Below are positions 15,146-29,660 of a stretch of DNA of 64,000 nucleotides, piece by piece. Location: the NCBI RefSeq assembly GCF_009914755.1, contig NC_060944.1; one strand, 5' to 3'. Source of the DNA: the human T2T-CHM13v2.0 reference genome, Homo sapiens. Position 1 is the first letter of the stretch. The number at the start of each line of letters is the position of its first letter. The notes beneath the pieces are model-generated. The model had not been told where the DNA came from, ran no database searches, and saw only the letters and a list, made by a program, of their open reading frames with translations. The position numbers and the translations under genes are program-made.

Positions 15146-15569
15146 CTATCTCCCTCCATGCTAGGCATGGCCTTGTGCCACGTTCACTAGCAACCTTGGA
15201 GCCTGCCACGGGAGACCACACCTGCAGACAGGCCCACTTCCTCACTGCTTAGGGACCTGGGAGGGCCGGACTCCTGAACTGAGATAGAGGAAGACCTTGC
15301 CTGTGTAAGCTACCATTACCCTTGTCTTCTTGAAACATGCAGCTGAGCCTAATCCCAGCCAATGCAACCTCCTTTCCACCCAAGGACCTAGGCTCCAGGG
15401 CCACAGGGGCTGGGTCTGACTCTACCTTTGTATCTCCCATCCCCCAGTTTGCAGCCCAGTGCGCAATGAAAATGTGTCTCTTCTTGATAAATTATGAGAT
15501 TTCTTTCAATCCTGGATACCAAAAGTCAAGTTAATTTCTTTCTTTCTTTCTTTCTTTTGGCTGGTTTCT

Positions 15570-15662
15570 TTAAAAATAACAGCTTTATTGAGGTATAATT
15601 CACAAATTCACGTACCATAAAGTTCACTTTTTAAAAATACAGTTTAGTGGTTTTTAGTATAA
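15570..15662 (-). mobile_element. L1M 3'-end fragment
   Basis: acagctttattgaggtataattcac...agtggtttttagtata. Confidence 0.7.
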
Positions 15663-15665
15663 TTG

Positions 15666-15712
15666 GGCCTCATTATTCCTAGATTCCATATTTGCAAATT
15701 AGCCTACTTACA
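15666..15712. mobile_element. Tigger4-like terminal fragment
   Basis: cctcattattcctagattccatatttgcaaattagcctact. Confidence 0.5.
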
Positions 15713-17339
15713 ACAATTTCAGTTCATTTCTTTTTACTCCTCTTTGTCCCCAAAGGTAAAGCCGGGCCCAGTCTCTCTGAACACTGCCGGGTGCATCGTA
15801 AGTGGCACCAGCCTACAGAAGGATTTACCCAAAGCAGGGCTGTCCATGGTTAAACTGTGCTAGACCCAGTACATTTCAAATCTGATTCCCTCTGCCAACA
15901 AGTGGGGCATCACGGATGGCTTCTGAGACCCAGCTGGCCCCTAAAACATAAGGATGAGATGTGACGAGGGCCCAGGTGCTGACTGAATGTGAGGCCCGGA
16001 GAACCGCGGCAGCCTGTCTGAGCAGAAGATGGTCAACCTATCCTTGTTTGAGTCTTTGATTGCACAATTCCCTTTTCAAAAGGTAATTGAAGTTATTTAA
16101 CAGCTGTTTGTGTTGGAAAAGCAGGAAGAAACAGAAAGATATGTTTCCAAATGTGTGCTGCCTTCTCTTGCTCCATCTGAATCAAATCATGATATTACCA
16201 GAGTTTTAAAATGCAAAAGAATACGGAGGTAGCTGCCAAAAAACCACCTTTCTTTGCCATTGGTTCTTTGTTGAAACAAAATGCCTTTCCCACCTTTTCA
16301 AAGTCAGAAATGGAGCTCAAGTTCATTGCAGGATTAAGAGGTTCTTGCTCCGCACCCCCACTTGCCTTTCCCTGTATCATCAACTCAGCCACGAGGGGCT
16401 GTGGCTCACTGTCTGCCTCACGATTGAAACCCCGGCTCACGGGTCCGTCTTCTCCAGGGAGAGCTTCTCTTCCCTAGAACTGCATCTGTGGGGACGAGCT
16501 GACATGCGATGCTGTGTACTGGCTCATGGATAGGAAGGCAGGGCGCATGCATGCTCACCACCAAAACGGGGCAAGAACACGGGGACCAGCCCACGTGTAA
16601 GCAACTGTTAGATTCAGGAACAGCCCGCCAGAGTCTTCCACAGCCGCCTGCTGCATTTAGCTTGGATCTCAGGGATGGCAATGGGTTCTGGGGGAGTTCA
16701 GGGCCACAGGATGTGGTGGGAACGTAGAGGACACAGAGCAAAGGTTACCTTCCAGCCAGTGGGAAGCAGCTTAGATCCTAGGAGTGTGTAAAATTGACCA
16801 AGAAGTAGGATGGGTTGGGGATGGGAACATGGGAGGGGGAGAGGTCAGAGCACCTGTTCTAGTCCCATCTGCCTTCATGTTCAGGAGGGCCAGCTGCTGG
16901 TTTGTGCGTGGCATCATAGGGATTTCTAGAAGTGCCCAGCAGCCCCCAGATATTATGGACTGAGGCCTATCCTTCAGGCCACAGTGAATTCCACAGGCTG
17001 GCCAGCACCAGGTAGATAGAGTCCTGCCCTGACACTGCACGTGGATACAAGAAGAGAAAATGCCTCCTTCCTTCTGAGGTCACAAACGGAGACAGCAGCA
17101 GCCAGGGATTTCCTGTGGAAAGGCCCCAGATGAATTCCCATGCCCACTCATGGAGAAACATCCAGCATGGCACAGGTGGAATTGACTGCCTGGTGTCAGA
17201 AAGGCCCAACAGGAGCTGACCTCTGGCCCCGAGGGCCTCTGTAATTCTGGCTGAGCGGAGCACACACCCTCGCCTCTGGCTTCTCCAGCTCCAGAAGCTG
17301 ATGGCTGTTCCAGGCCTGGCCACTTGGAGCAGAACAGCC

Positions 17340-17660
17340 CCTTTGGTTCAAAGATGGGCCCTCCTGGGACTTCTACTGGAAGTAAATCCCAGAAAGAAGA
17401 TTACCCATCCTTCCATGATGTCTGACGCTCTAAATTAAGCCAGCCTGTTGCCCAGGGGGTTATCTTTGTCACCCCAAGAAGAGAACTGGGGTGTAGATGA
17501 TGCCACCCTCTAGGAAATAGAGCTTAGAGACAGAGTGACATCTCTGAGCCCCTGGGTACAGCTGTGACAGAAGCTTTTCAGTTGAGACTTTTCAGTCTTG
17601 TGAGCCTACAAACTCCTGTGACTCTCCTAGTCACTGCTGTCACTCATCACCAGAAGAGTC
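17340..17660 (+). mobile_element. old MLT1K-like LTR
   Basis: tgagcccctgggtacagctgtgacagaagc...gacttttcagtcttgtgagcctacaaactcc. Confidence 0.5.
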
Positions 17661-18116
17661 CTGTCTGGTTCAATCACCGAGGACAATGACATCTTCGGGC
17701 CTCGCTGTCCCATAGGTTTGTGTTAAATGGTGTCACCATGGTGACCTGCCAGGTCTCTGCCTAGGAGAAGCAAGAACATGCATTTCAGTTGTCCAGGCAC
17801 TTCCTACAGGGGGACAGGATCGAGTCCACGGAGGAGCAGCTCTTGAGGGTGATGCCCCAGACCTGAGGGGGACAGAGAGTATCCCCCCTCCATTCCTGGC
17901 TCCTCAGAACTCACTGTGCCACACACTCCAGGGACTGGTGGAACTGCAGAAAACCGGACAGGGATGGGAGGGGAGGCAAAGACAGTGCTGCATAGACCCC
18001 CACCGAACAAAATGTGATTGCTTGCTTATTTGCCCTTCTCCAGCTAGCTATTCCAGAAGACCATCTGGGAACCCACAACAATTAGACATTGCTTAGCCGG
18101 AGCCTGCCAGAAATCA

Positions 18117-18239
18117 AGTGCCTCCATCATATTATAAACAGCCCAAAGCTCAGTGTAGAAAACACAGACTCAGACAGTGCCTCCATCATGTTATAAACAG
18201 TCCAAAGCTCAGTCTAGAAAACACAGACTCAGACAGTGC
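18117..18239. repeat. 59-bp tandem duplication (2 copies, 3 mismatches)
   Basis: agtgcctccatcat(a/g)ttataaacag...aaaacacagactcagac at 18117 and 18176. Confidence 0.95.
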
Positions 18240-18584
18240 AAAAGCCACGCCTGCAGTATAGCCTGTGGGTCTGACACTCAGCGCTCCAGACGCTGCTCTT
18301 GACGGGAACGAGTGTGGAAATTCAAGAGGCAAGCATCTTGCCCGCCCACTCTGCACTCATGCCAGCCTGTCCTTCTGCCAGCTGTCTTGTCGTCTCAGTC
18401 CTCCTAGCACTCTGCCTCCCAGGAAATGTCACCCAAGTACACTATGGGAAGGCAACACTAGTTTTTATTCATTTTCTGGGAAAATTCTGTGAATTCTTGG
18501 TGAATTTTCAAAAGCCACTAGACCTCATTTTTGAATAAGAAAAATCACCCAATAGAACAGAGCGAGGTTGAGTCCCCCCCGCTT

Positions 18585-19115
18585 ATGACTATATTGAGGT
18601 AGATTTTACATCTCATAACATTTACCCATTTCAAGTATACAATTCAATGATTTTTAGTAACTTTACCAAGCTGCTAAAAATTACATCACCATAAACCGGT
18701 TTCAGACATTTTCATCTCCCCGATAAGATCCCTCACACCCATCTGCAGTCACTCCCTACGCCCACCCCCAGCCACAGGGAACCACCAATCTACTTCCTGT
18801 CTCTGTGATTTGACTTTCCTGGACATTTCATGTAAATGGAATCATAATAGTTGGTCTTTTGTGTCTGGCTTTCTTCCCTTAGCATGAGGTTTTCAAGTTT
18901 CATCCATCCTATAGCAGGTATCTGTGCTTTGTTCCTTCTATGGCAGAATAATATTCTGTGGTACAGATGCACCATATTTGTCTACTCATCCACCAGTTGA
19001 TGGGTATTTGGGTTGTTTCCAGTTTGGGACTACTGTAAATTTGTGAGCAAATATTTTTGTAAACCTATGCTATGCTTCTCTTGAATAGGTGCGGAGGAGT
19101 AGAACTGCTGGGTCT
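18585..19115 (-). mobile_element. L1MB-like 3' end
   Basis: attgaggtagattttaca..caattcaatgatttttagta; ctggacatttcatgtaaatggaatcata. Confidence 0.85.
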
Positions 19116-19189
19116 TAAACAACAGGGTTGTTGTGCAAGCAGCAAGGCACTTGAGTCTAAGGTCTTCAAGTTCATCTAACAAGGTGCCT

Positions 19190-19310
19190 CAGAGCACAGG
19201 ATCTGCACTTGAGCCCTGGCTTGGCCATTTTTGAGTGAGTGTCAGCTTGAGCTGGTCATTTAAGCCTTTAAAACCTCAGTGTTCTCATCTGCAAAATGGG
19301 GGTAATAAGA
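19190..19310 (+). mobile_element. MIR fragment
   Basis: cctcagtgttctcatctgcaaaatgggggtaataa. Confidence 0.7.
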
Positions 19311-19694
19311 GCCCAGTGATCACTTTACTACTCCAAGTAAGAGTTTGCAGAAGGCAGGTCAGCCTCCTTTGGTGTTTTTAATTGGTTTGCATTCCTGCTT
19401 TGCTCGTCCTTGACTTGGAGATCTTATGTCTTGGGAAACTGCCTCATGTGCTTCTCACTCACTGCCCCTCACTTGGCACCTCTGTGCATGCACACCAGGC
19501 TGTTATGACACTGCACCCCTTGGGCCAGCTTTCCTACCCTGCCTCCTTCTGATTGCAGCTGCTGTGGCCTTGATATTCTCCTGGGTTCCTCCATTAGGAG
19601 CTGTTCTGTCAGCTGTCACATTGTCATTGTCCATTATCTTTCTTTAGCTAATATTCATCTTGTGTTCTAAATGATGCATTAAAAAAAAGAAATG

Positions 19695-21775
19695 CTCAAT
19701 CTGTACAATGAAAACTATAAAACACCAATGCAAGAAATAGAAGGCAACACCAAAAGATGAAAAGATATTCCATGTTCATGGATTGAAAGATTTCATATTG
19801 TTAAAAATATCCATACCACCTAAAGCAATCTACAGATTCAATGCAATCCCTATCAAAATACCCATGGGATTCTTCATATCAATAGAAAAAACAACCCTAA
19901 AATGTATATAGAACCGCAAAAGACCCAGGATAGCCAAAGCTATCTTGAGCAAAATGAACAAAACTGAAATAATTACATTACCTGACTTCAAATTATACTA
20001 CAGAGCTATAGTAAACAAAACAGCATGGTACTGGCATAAAAACAAATATATAAACCAATGAAACAGAATAGAGAACCAAGAAACAAATCCATACATCTAT
20101 GGTGAACTCATTTTCAACAAAAATGCCAAGAACATACACTGGGGAAAGGACAGTCCCTTCAACAAATAATGCTGGGAAAACTGGATATCTATATGCAGAA
20201 GAATGAAACTAGACTCCATCTCTCGCCATATACAAAATTCAAATAAAAACGGATTAAAGACTTAAATCTAAAACCTCAAACTCTGAAACTACTAAAAGAA
20301 GATATCAAGGAACCTCTCTAGGATATCAGTCTGGGCAAGGGTTTCTTGAGTAATACCCTACAAGTACAGACAACCAAAGCAAGAAGTAGACAAATGGAAT
20401 CACATCAAGTTAAAAAGCTTCTGTGCAGCAAAGGAAACAATCAACAAAGTGAAGAGACACCGCACAGAACGGGAGAAAATATTTGCAAACTATCCATGTG
20501 ACAAGAGATTAATAACCAGAATATATAAAGAGCTCAAACTACCCTATAGGAAAAAAATCTAATAATCTGTTTTAAAAATGGAAAAAATGATCTGAATAGA
20601 TATTTCTCAAAAGAAGACATACAAATGGCAAATACGTACATTAAAAGGTGCTCAGCATCAGTGATCATCAGAGAAATGCAGATGAAAACTACAATGAGAT
20701 ATCTTACCCCAGCTAAAATGGCTTTTGTCCAAAAGACAGGCAATAACAAATACTGGCAGGAATATGGAGAAAAGGGAAGCCTTGTACACTGTTGGTGGGA
20801 ATGTAAATTAGTACAACCACTATGGAAAACAGTTTAGAGGTTCCTCAAAAAACTAAAAATAGAGTTACCATACAATCCTGCAATCCCACTGCTAGGTCTA
20901 CACCCAAAAGAAAGAAAATCAGTATATCAAAGAGATATCTGTATTGCCATATTTGTGGCAGCACTGTTCACAATAGCCAAGATGTGGAAGCAATCTATGG
21001 GTCCATCAACAGACAGATGGATAAAGAAAATGTGCTACGTACACTCAATGGAGTACTATTCAGTCATAAAAAAGAATGAGATCGTGTCATTTCCAACACT
21101 ATGGGTGGAACTGGAGGTCATTATTTCAGTGGGTTAAGTAAAGTAAGCCAGGCACAGAAAGACAAATTTCCCATGTTCTCACTTATTTGCGGGAGGTAAA
21201 AATTAAAACAATTGAACTTACGAAGATAGTAGAATGGTGGTTACCAGAAGCTGGGAAGGGGAGTTGGGGGGAAGGATGGTTAATGGGTATAAAAATATAG
21301 CTAGATGGAATAAATAAGACCTAGTATGTGATGGCACAACAGGGTGACCGCAGTTAACAATAATTTAAATTTACATTTAAATTATATACAATTTAAATTT
21401 ACACTTAAATTATATACAATTTAAATTCACACTTAAATTATATACAATTTAAATTTACACTTAAATTATATACAATTTAAATTTACATTTAAATTATATA
21501 CAATTTAAATTTACATTTAAATTATATACAATTTAAATTTACATTTAAATTATATACAATTTAAATTGTACAATTGAAAATAACTAAAATAGTATAATTG
21601 GATTGTTTGTTACACAAAGAAAGGACAAATGCTTGAAGGTAATCATGTACCCACATGCTTGAGGGTAAATCAACTTTATCCTGATGTGATTATTATGCGT
21701 TGTATGCCTGTTAAAATATGTTATGTACCTTATAAACAGATACACCTACTATATGCCCACAACAACTTTAAATAA
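19695..21775 (+). mobile_element. 5'-truncated L1MA (L1MA1-3-like), degenerate ORF2 C-terminus plus 3'UTR
   Basis: ORF2-like translations ([29 protein letters not shown]); 3'UTR aataagacctagtat..gcacaacagggtgac..ggattgtttgt..acacaaagaaagg. Confidence 0.9.
21362..21567. repeat. 28-bp AT-rich minisatellite, 7+ copies, inside the L1MA 3'UTR
   Basis: unit aatttaaatttacatttaaattatatac. Confidence 0.95.
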
Positions 21776-21929
21776 TTTTTTTATTTTAAAGTATTTATTT
21801 TTGTTTTTATTTTTTCCATTGTCCCACTCATTTTAATGAAATAATCATTTTTCATATGCCAAGGTTCCCCAATTTTTAAGTAATTTCAGCAGTAATTTTT
21901 TTAAATTACAGAATTTTATTTAAAAATAA

Positions 21930-22165
21930 TGATGTAAAAATCACAAATAAAATATTATCCAGCAATAGCCCATTATAAGAATAATATATTAACTGAAGCT
22001 TATCCCAATAATGCAAGAAAGGTCTGGTAATAGGAAATCTATTAATGTATTATGAATATATAAAAAAGAGAAAAACCATGATATATTCACAAATGCAGAA
22101 AAGGAAATAACATTTGACATTTCATTTCTGATAAAACGTTTGATAAAATAAGAATAGGTACATAC
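21930..22165 (+). mobile_element. ancient L1M ORF2 (RT region) fragment
   Basis: ttatcccaataatgcaaga..ggaaatctattaatgta..aaaaaccatg..atgcagaaaagg. Confidence 0.6.
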
Positions 22166-23779
<1,614 letters not shown>

Positions 23780-24204
23780 CTAGCTAGTGTCAAAAACAGT
23801 GCTTCACAAAAAAGATAATTATAGGTAGATCTCTAAATTTACTTCCCAACATACTTGATGGAACTGACCTGCAAACAGTAGAAATGACAGCTGATGAATG
23901 GGAATTGAATTAAGAAGCTTTCTTTGACCCTAGAACCCTGAATTTTCTTAAATATAATATTTCCCGGTGGGCCATGGGGAGGGCAGAGAGCCTACCAGAC
24001 CCACCTAGAGCCCTGAATTCTTAGGCAGATGCAGAAGATGTTTTTAGCCTTGAATAAATCAGAAGCCTTTTAAGTAACAAACAGAAATGAAAACAATAAA
24101 AACTGTTTCTGAGCTTAGAAACAGTGGCTTAGAACTCTGTGCCACAGGATGTTGGAAATACTTTACTTTTTTTTTTTTTTTTTTTTGGCATCTAATCCTG
24201 CAAT

Positions 24205-24305
24205 GGTGCTCTGAGACAAATCCAATCGGTATTCCCATTTGACACATGAAGAACTGAGGCCCAGAGGGACTAAGACATTTGCCCAAAATTACACCGCTTC
24301 ACAGT
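24205..24305 (-). mobile_element. MIR fragment
   Basis: attcccatttgacacatgaagaactgaggcccagaggg..ttgcccaa. Confidence 0.75.
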
Positions 24306-24714
24306 AGTTAAATCTACAAGCCTATGCCTCCCCGTGGTTCCCACTCTTAGTTATCCAATACACACACAGAAGCCCACAAATCGTTTTACCAAATGCGGTC
24401 CTGCAAACACTCCCAAAATCCACAGGCTAATCTCACTCCCCACCAAGTGGGAGCAGGAAGATTTTACCAGAAACTCATTTCTTTTACAACAGTTTTTCAC
24501 GTAGATTATTTTCTAATCTTGATTAAAGGCACAAACATAAAATAAATGGCACACTGGATAGACCAAACATCACCACACACTACATGTGTATTCACTCAGA
24601 AAATACAATTTCACGCGTAAATTAATTTCAGAAAACGTAAAGCATAGCTGGTAACTCCAGCTTTGATCTGAATCACATGCCATTTCCCTTTCGTGTCCCG
24701 CTTCCCCTGAATTG

Positions 24715-24930
24715 ACAATAGCAGCTGATGTTTATTGAGAAGTTTCTGTGTGCCAGATAGTACTTCGCGTTCTCTCTTCCTCACTTCAGCCCTCTGAAAT
24801 CAGCGCTGTTATTAGGACCCCCTTGAATAAAGAGAAAACGGAAATTCAGTAAGCTGAAGAACTTCCCCTAGGTCACACAGCTAATGGGTTGAGAATCCGA
24901 GGTTTGAACCCAGAACCTCAGATCCAGCAG
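24715..24930 (-). mobile_element. MIR
   Basis: tttattgag..tgtgccag..ggtcacacagctaa..ggtttgaacccag. Confidence 0.75.
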
Positions 24931-25714
24931 CCAGGCTTAGTCCCTTTATTAAGCAGCCTAATCACTCCATGGGGGCATGGCACCTCTTTCTGCAACATGC
25001 ATTCATTCAACACCTGTTCCTCAATTTCCCGTAAGAGCTGGGCATATTGCCAGGGGACACAGCGGTGGCCAGACCTCAAGGACTTAAGAGCAGGGGAAAC
25101 AAACAATTTTAACTTGATCGCAACAGCGTGTGATGACATTTATCAGGGGAAACGTCAGTGCTGTAAGAACACATACAAGAGTCCTGAGGGACCTCCCTTA
25201 GGAAGAAACTCCAGCTGACAGCTAAAGTTCAGAGATGCGTGGGAGTCACATGGACGTCTGCATCTCAGGAAGGTCGTACTGGCTGCCTGGCAGAATTCCC
25301 GTCAGAGGGGAAAAGGGGGTGCGAGTACACAGGAGAGGCAGGTTGGGAGGTGTCTCAGTGACCTGGACACCTCGGGGAGGGGAGGAATAATGCCTTTCAA
25401 GGGATACTTGGGAGACAGGCTTGGCAAGAATTGGAGATTGAGCGAATAATGAGGACAGGATGAGAATTATTAGGCTTGGAAACATTTGAAGACTTGCACA
25501 AAGAAATACAAAACTACCAATTTCATTTCCAATAATGCTAAAGCTTAATTTCTGCCATCTTCAATTCCCAACTGGTCTTCCAATCCCAACATGTATCACA
25601 ACCCAATCCCAAATCCTGGAATGACTCCCCCACTGACTCCCAAAGTCCTCTTTCCTTAAGACGCCCTTCAAGATCCTCCATATACTGCCCCTACTCTTGC
25701 TGTCGGTCTGACTG

Positions 25715-25764
25715 TCCATCCATCCATCCATCCATTCTTCCATCCATCCATCCATCCATCCATC
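25715..25764. repeat. (TCCA)n tetranucleotide microsatellite, interrupted
   Basis: ccatccatccat runs. Confidence 0.9.
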
Positions 25765-26099
25765 TGACTCTGGCAGAAACAGATCAATCATTTAAACCAA
25801 AGCACAATTCCAACAGCAACAAGAGCTGAGAATGAAGGTCATCTGTGCCACAGCAGTGGGGTATAGAAGAGGCAGGTCTGACATGGCTAGAAAGGCTGTT
25901 ACCATAGCTTTGCTTCTCATTCCCTGGACCCAGGGCAACTCAGCTCCATTCCCCAACAAGCCTGTGCCTTCGCTCCTCTGTGGTTTGCCCTGATGACAGG
26001 CCTTCCTGGAGCTGCCTTCTGTTCTCACTAGGTAATAGCTCTGTGTTCTTCAATCTGGAAACCCGCTAGGACTCTGAAATTATACAGCATCCCTATTAC

Positions 26100-26470
26100 C
26101 ATAGGGACATTGAAATCCAGACCTGAATCCTGTCCTCATGGAGCAGACAATCTAGATGAGAAAGAAAGACATGAATCTGAGATGCATGCAAACATAGTGA
26201 CTGTGACAAGAGCTACCAAGGGGAGGGGTGTGGAGCCCTGAGGACAAGAACAGGACTCGAGGAAGTCAGGAGGGTCAGGGAGAGCTTCCTGGAGGAAAGT
26301 CAGAGATGTGTGTCCTTGAAATGGCATTCCCCTGAAACTTGGTTTCCTTGTCTATAAAATGGGGGGACATCATAGAAAATACCTCTCTGCATTGCTGTAA
26401 TAGCAAGTGGAATAATAAATATCAACTGCTTGACCCAGAGTAAGTGTTCAAAAGATACTTGTTCTTATTG
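26100..26470 (+). mobile_element. MIR split by a ~180-bp templated insertion
   Basis: left part cagacctgaatcctg; right part tgtgtgtccttg...gtttccttgtctataaaatgggg...gtaagtgttcaa. Confidence 0.6.
26118..26297 (+). repeat. dispersed direct duplicate (acceptor copy) of 27464-27642
   Basis: ~11 differences over ~172 aligned bases by manual alignment. Confidence 0.95.
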
Positions 26471-27374
26471 TTTATTACTCACCTGCCTCTATGTCAAGCA
26501 TATTTGGAGCTGAATCCTTCAAAGGTGTGTTTCCTCTAAGGTTTCACATGCCTTAGCGGTAAATGCAATCAGAGATCTGGTCCACAACAGAGGCTGTAAT
26601 AGGTGGGGACCAGGTTCCTGAGTTCTGGAAGAAGAGCCCAAGCAATTGTCCTGTCTGTAGGTGAGCAAACATCGGGGAGCATGGGTGCCAACTGGCACCT
26701 GCCACCTGGCACCTGGCTTCCTCAAGCTCTTCTAACACAGGCTCTCACTTACCAAAGTAAAATTAAACATATCCAATTTACGGAGGGAGAAGGGCTCAAT
26801 TTTAACTATGTTTTCTTGTCTTCGGCTGGAGTTGTGACGTTTCACATAGTGACAGCCAGAACTCACGAGAACGTCTGTGGCCGTTGTTTCTTCTGAATTC
26901 TGTCCAACTTGTTGGCGTCATTGGATGCCAGCTTCCCCAGAACAGTGGGAGGAGTTGGCATGCCCATCTCATCAGCGCAGGACAAAGAGGAGCCTGCCAT
27001 TCCCAGTGCTCCCAGAGAAGCTTGCTTTTCCCAAGGTGGTCTCCATCAGCTCTCAAATGTTTTAGGAGCTTGTGGCCAGAGAGGTGCTGGCCTGACTATT
27101 GGGCAAGGCTTGTGGAAAGGACATGAGGGACAGAAACTGAGCAAAAATAACAAAGGCCATTCCTGTGGCCTGTGGGAAGTGCTCAGAAGAAACTCTCTCC
27201 CAAGACCCTGCCACACCCGGCTGTGCCTACTTGGAGCGAGCGCATTCCTCCATGCTGTTAGTCACAACTCAGACTGACCCTGGCAAGAATTAATGTCCTT
27301 CACACCCATTAACGTCACAGATTAGCAGGGACACTTTGTAATCCATCCACAGCTCACCTCTTCCTTGTGTTCAT

Positions 27375-27750
27375 GCACCCATGCATTTATTAAACAAGTA
27401 GTCATAGCTGCCTGTTACATCCTCAACTCTGCAAACAGATGCAGATAAAATGAGGAAGAAAAACAGACCCTAATCCTGCCCTCATGGAGCAGACAATCTA
27501 GATGAGAGAGAAAGACATGAATCTGAGATGCACAAAAACATAGTGACTGTGACAAGAGCTACCAAGTAGAGGGGTGTGGAGCCCTGAGGACAGGAACAGG
27601 GCTCGAGGAAGTTAGGGGGTCAGGGAGAGCTTCCTGGAGGAAGTGGCAATTGAGCTGAGATTTGAAAAATCAGTAGCCATGAACCAAATGTAGAAAAGAG
27701 GAGATAACATTCCCAGTGGAGGAAAGAGCTTACTCAAACTCCCCAGGAAA
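27375..27750 (-). mobile_element. L2 fragment containing the donor of the 26118-26297 copy
   Basis: cctgccctcatggagc..tctag; gtcagggagagcttcctggaggaagtggcaattgagctgagatttgaa. Confidence 0.75.
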
Positions 27751-28384
27751 GAAGAAAAGGAGGGGCTGACAAAGGTGTGCCCAGGTGAGCTTCCTTTTGG
27801 AGCAATAGTCTTGGGAGCCACAAACACCTTCTTTTGACTCCTTTACTGCCTTCTCTTGGCTGAGCTCATCGTGTTGTGACTTCTCTCTTGGCCTCCAAAT
27901 TGTTCTTACCTGTGGTCTTGCAATAAATGGCCTGTTCAGTTGGCAACCCTGCACGTCTGTGGGTTTGACTCCATGCATACAGTTCAGTCTGTTCTGTTGG
28001 CATGCATAGATTAGACAACCAGGACACCCAAAAATAAGACACAGATTGTGGTTCCAGAAAACCTGAAACGGTTGAGGCAGCTGACAGGGACTGTTTGGCA
28101 CAAATGACATCAAGAATTCCAGAAAAGATAAACATTAGGCATCTCCTCCACTACTGATCATTGGACAAGGAATTTCTCTGACTTCTGTGAACCTGGGGTC
28201 ACAGTGAAGTTCTCTGAAGATGAACATGAGACTTCACATTGCTACCAGAGCTTTAAGATAAGAAATCATATCTAGTTTCAAAAAACTACCCCACCTTGTA
28301 AAGGCCAGCTTTAGCTTCAGCTTTTTCAGGTTGTCCTGCTTTCTGGGGAGATAAGAAAATAGAAACTACAATTAATAGTTAGTT

Positions 28385-28600
28385 AATTAGTTATGATGAG
28401 CTAGCACTACACTATGTAATTGACACACGGTAACTTATATAACTCATAAAACAACCCCATGAGGTAGGAACTCTTATTATACCCACTTGTCAGACGAGAA
28501 TACTGAGGGTCAGATAAGTGAAGTCACTTGCCCATACATGGGCCAGTTGGTGAGAAAGGGGTGGAACTTGAGTTTGAAGCTCAGCTCCCCAAGAACTCAC
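28385..28600 (-). mobile_element. MIR
   Basis: acaaccccatgaggtagg..attatacccacttgtcagacgagaatactgagg..aagtcacttgccca. Confidence 0.8.
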
Positions 28601-28659
28601 TTTCTCTGAACTCTGCACCCCCGAGGTCGTTCCTACCATGGGGACCGTGCCCCAGGTTA

Positions 28660-29200
28660 ACTCATTCATTCAGTTATTCTCTCATTTCTTTGGTGAATAT
28701 TTATTGTGCTCCTAGTATGTTTTAGGCCCTGTTCCAAGTGTTTAAGGTAAAATAAACAAGCCTACTATGGTCTGAATGTTTATGTTCCCACAAAATTCCT
28801 ATGTTGAAATACTAACCCCCCATGGGATGGTTTTCGGAGATGGGCACTTTGGGAGGTGATTAGGTCATGAGGGTGGAGCCTTGTAAATGAGACCCAAGAG
28901 AGTTCCCTCACTCCTTCCACCACGTGAGGACACAGCAAGAGAATGGTTGTCTATGAACCAGGAAGCAGCCCTCACCAGACACCATATTTGCCAGCACCAT
29001 GATCTTGGCCTTCCCAGCCCCTTGAACTGTGAAAAAATGAACTAAGGTGAACCTGACACAAATTCCTATCCTTTTGGAACTCATAGTTTCATGGGAGTTG
29101 ACAATAAGAAGCCAAATGAATAAGTAAAATACACAGTGCACAGGAATCCTATGTGTCCAAGCAGGACAGGGGGTAGGAAGTTTTGGGGTGGAGAGGGGAG
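28660..29200 (-). mobile_element. L2 3' fragment interrupted by MLT1A
   Basis: cattcattca..atatttattgtgctcctagtatgt..taggccctg; resumes ttcctatccttttggaactcatagtt. Confidence 0.6.
28763..29049 (+). mobile_element. MLT1A-like solo LTR with 3' internal deletion
   Basis: ctatggtctgaatgtttatgt..caaaattc..atgttgaaat; gtgaggacacagcaaga; gatcttggccttcccagcc. Confidence 0.85.
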
Positions 29201-29309
29201 GCCACCTCATGAAGGTGAGAGGGTATTGGATGCGTTTTCTCCCTACATGAGACAATTTCCAACAAGACTCACATTTGGAATAATGGAGAGGGTGGTATAT
29301 TAAAAATGC

Positions 29310-29660
29310 TAAACATTCATTCGAATATTTCTTTAGTGTCTGCTTTGTACTGGGCGCTGATACATCACTGAACTAAACAAAGATGCCTGTGTCTTAGGCT
29401 TCTGATCCCATGTGGAGAGCCCAACAGTAGGCAGCAGACAAGATAAACCATCACTGACTCCACAGGACGAGGCAGGGCACAGAGTGTGATGAGTGCTGGG
29501 GGAGTGGGTTGAAATTGTTTTGTGGGGTGGGCGAGGCCTCTTTTGGAAGATGACAACTGAGCGAGGGGGAAGAAGGAGAGGGAGAGGATTGTGTGGACAC
29601 TGCAGAAGGACGTTCAGGGCAGAGGACCAACTAGAAGAAGGTCTCAAGGTGGGGCTTGTT
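29310..29660 (-). mobile_element. L2 fragment
   Basis: cattcattcgaatatttc..agtgtctgct..; gcctcttttggaagatgacaactgagc. Confidence 0.55.
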
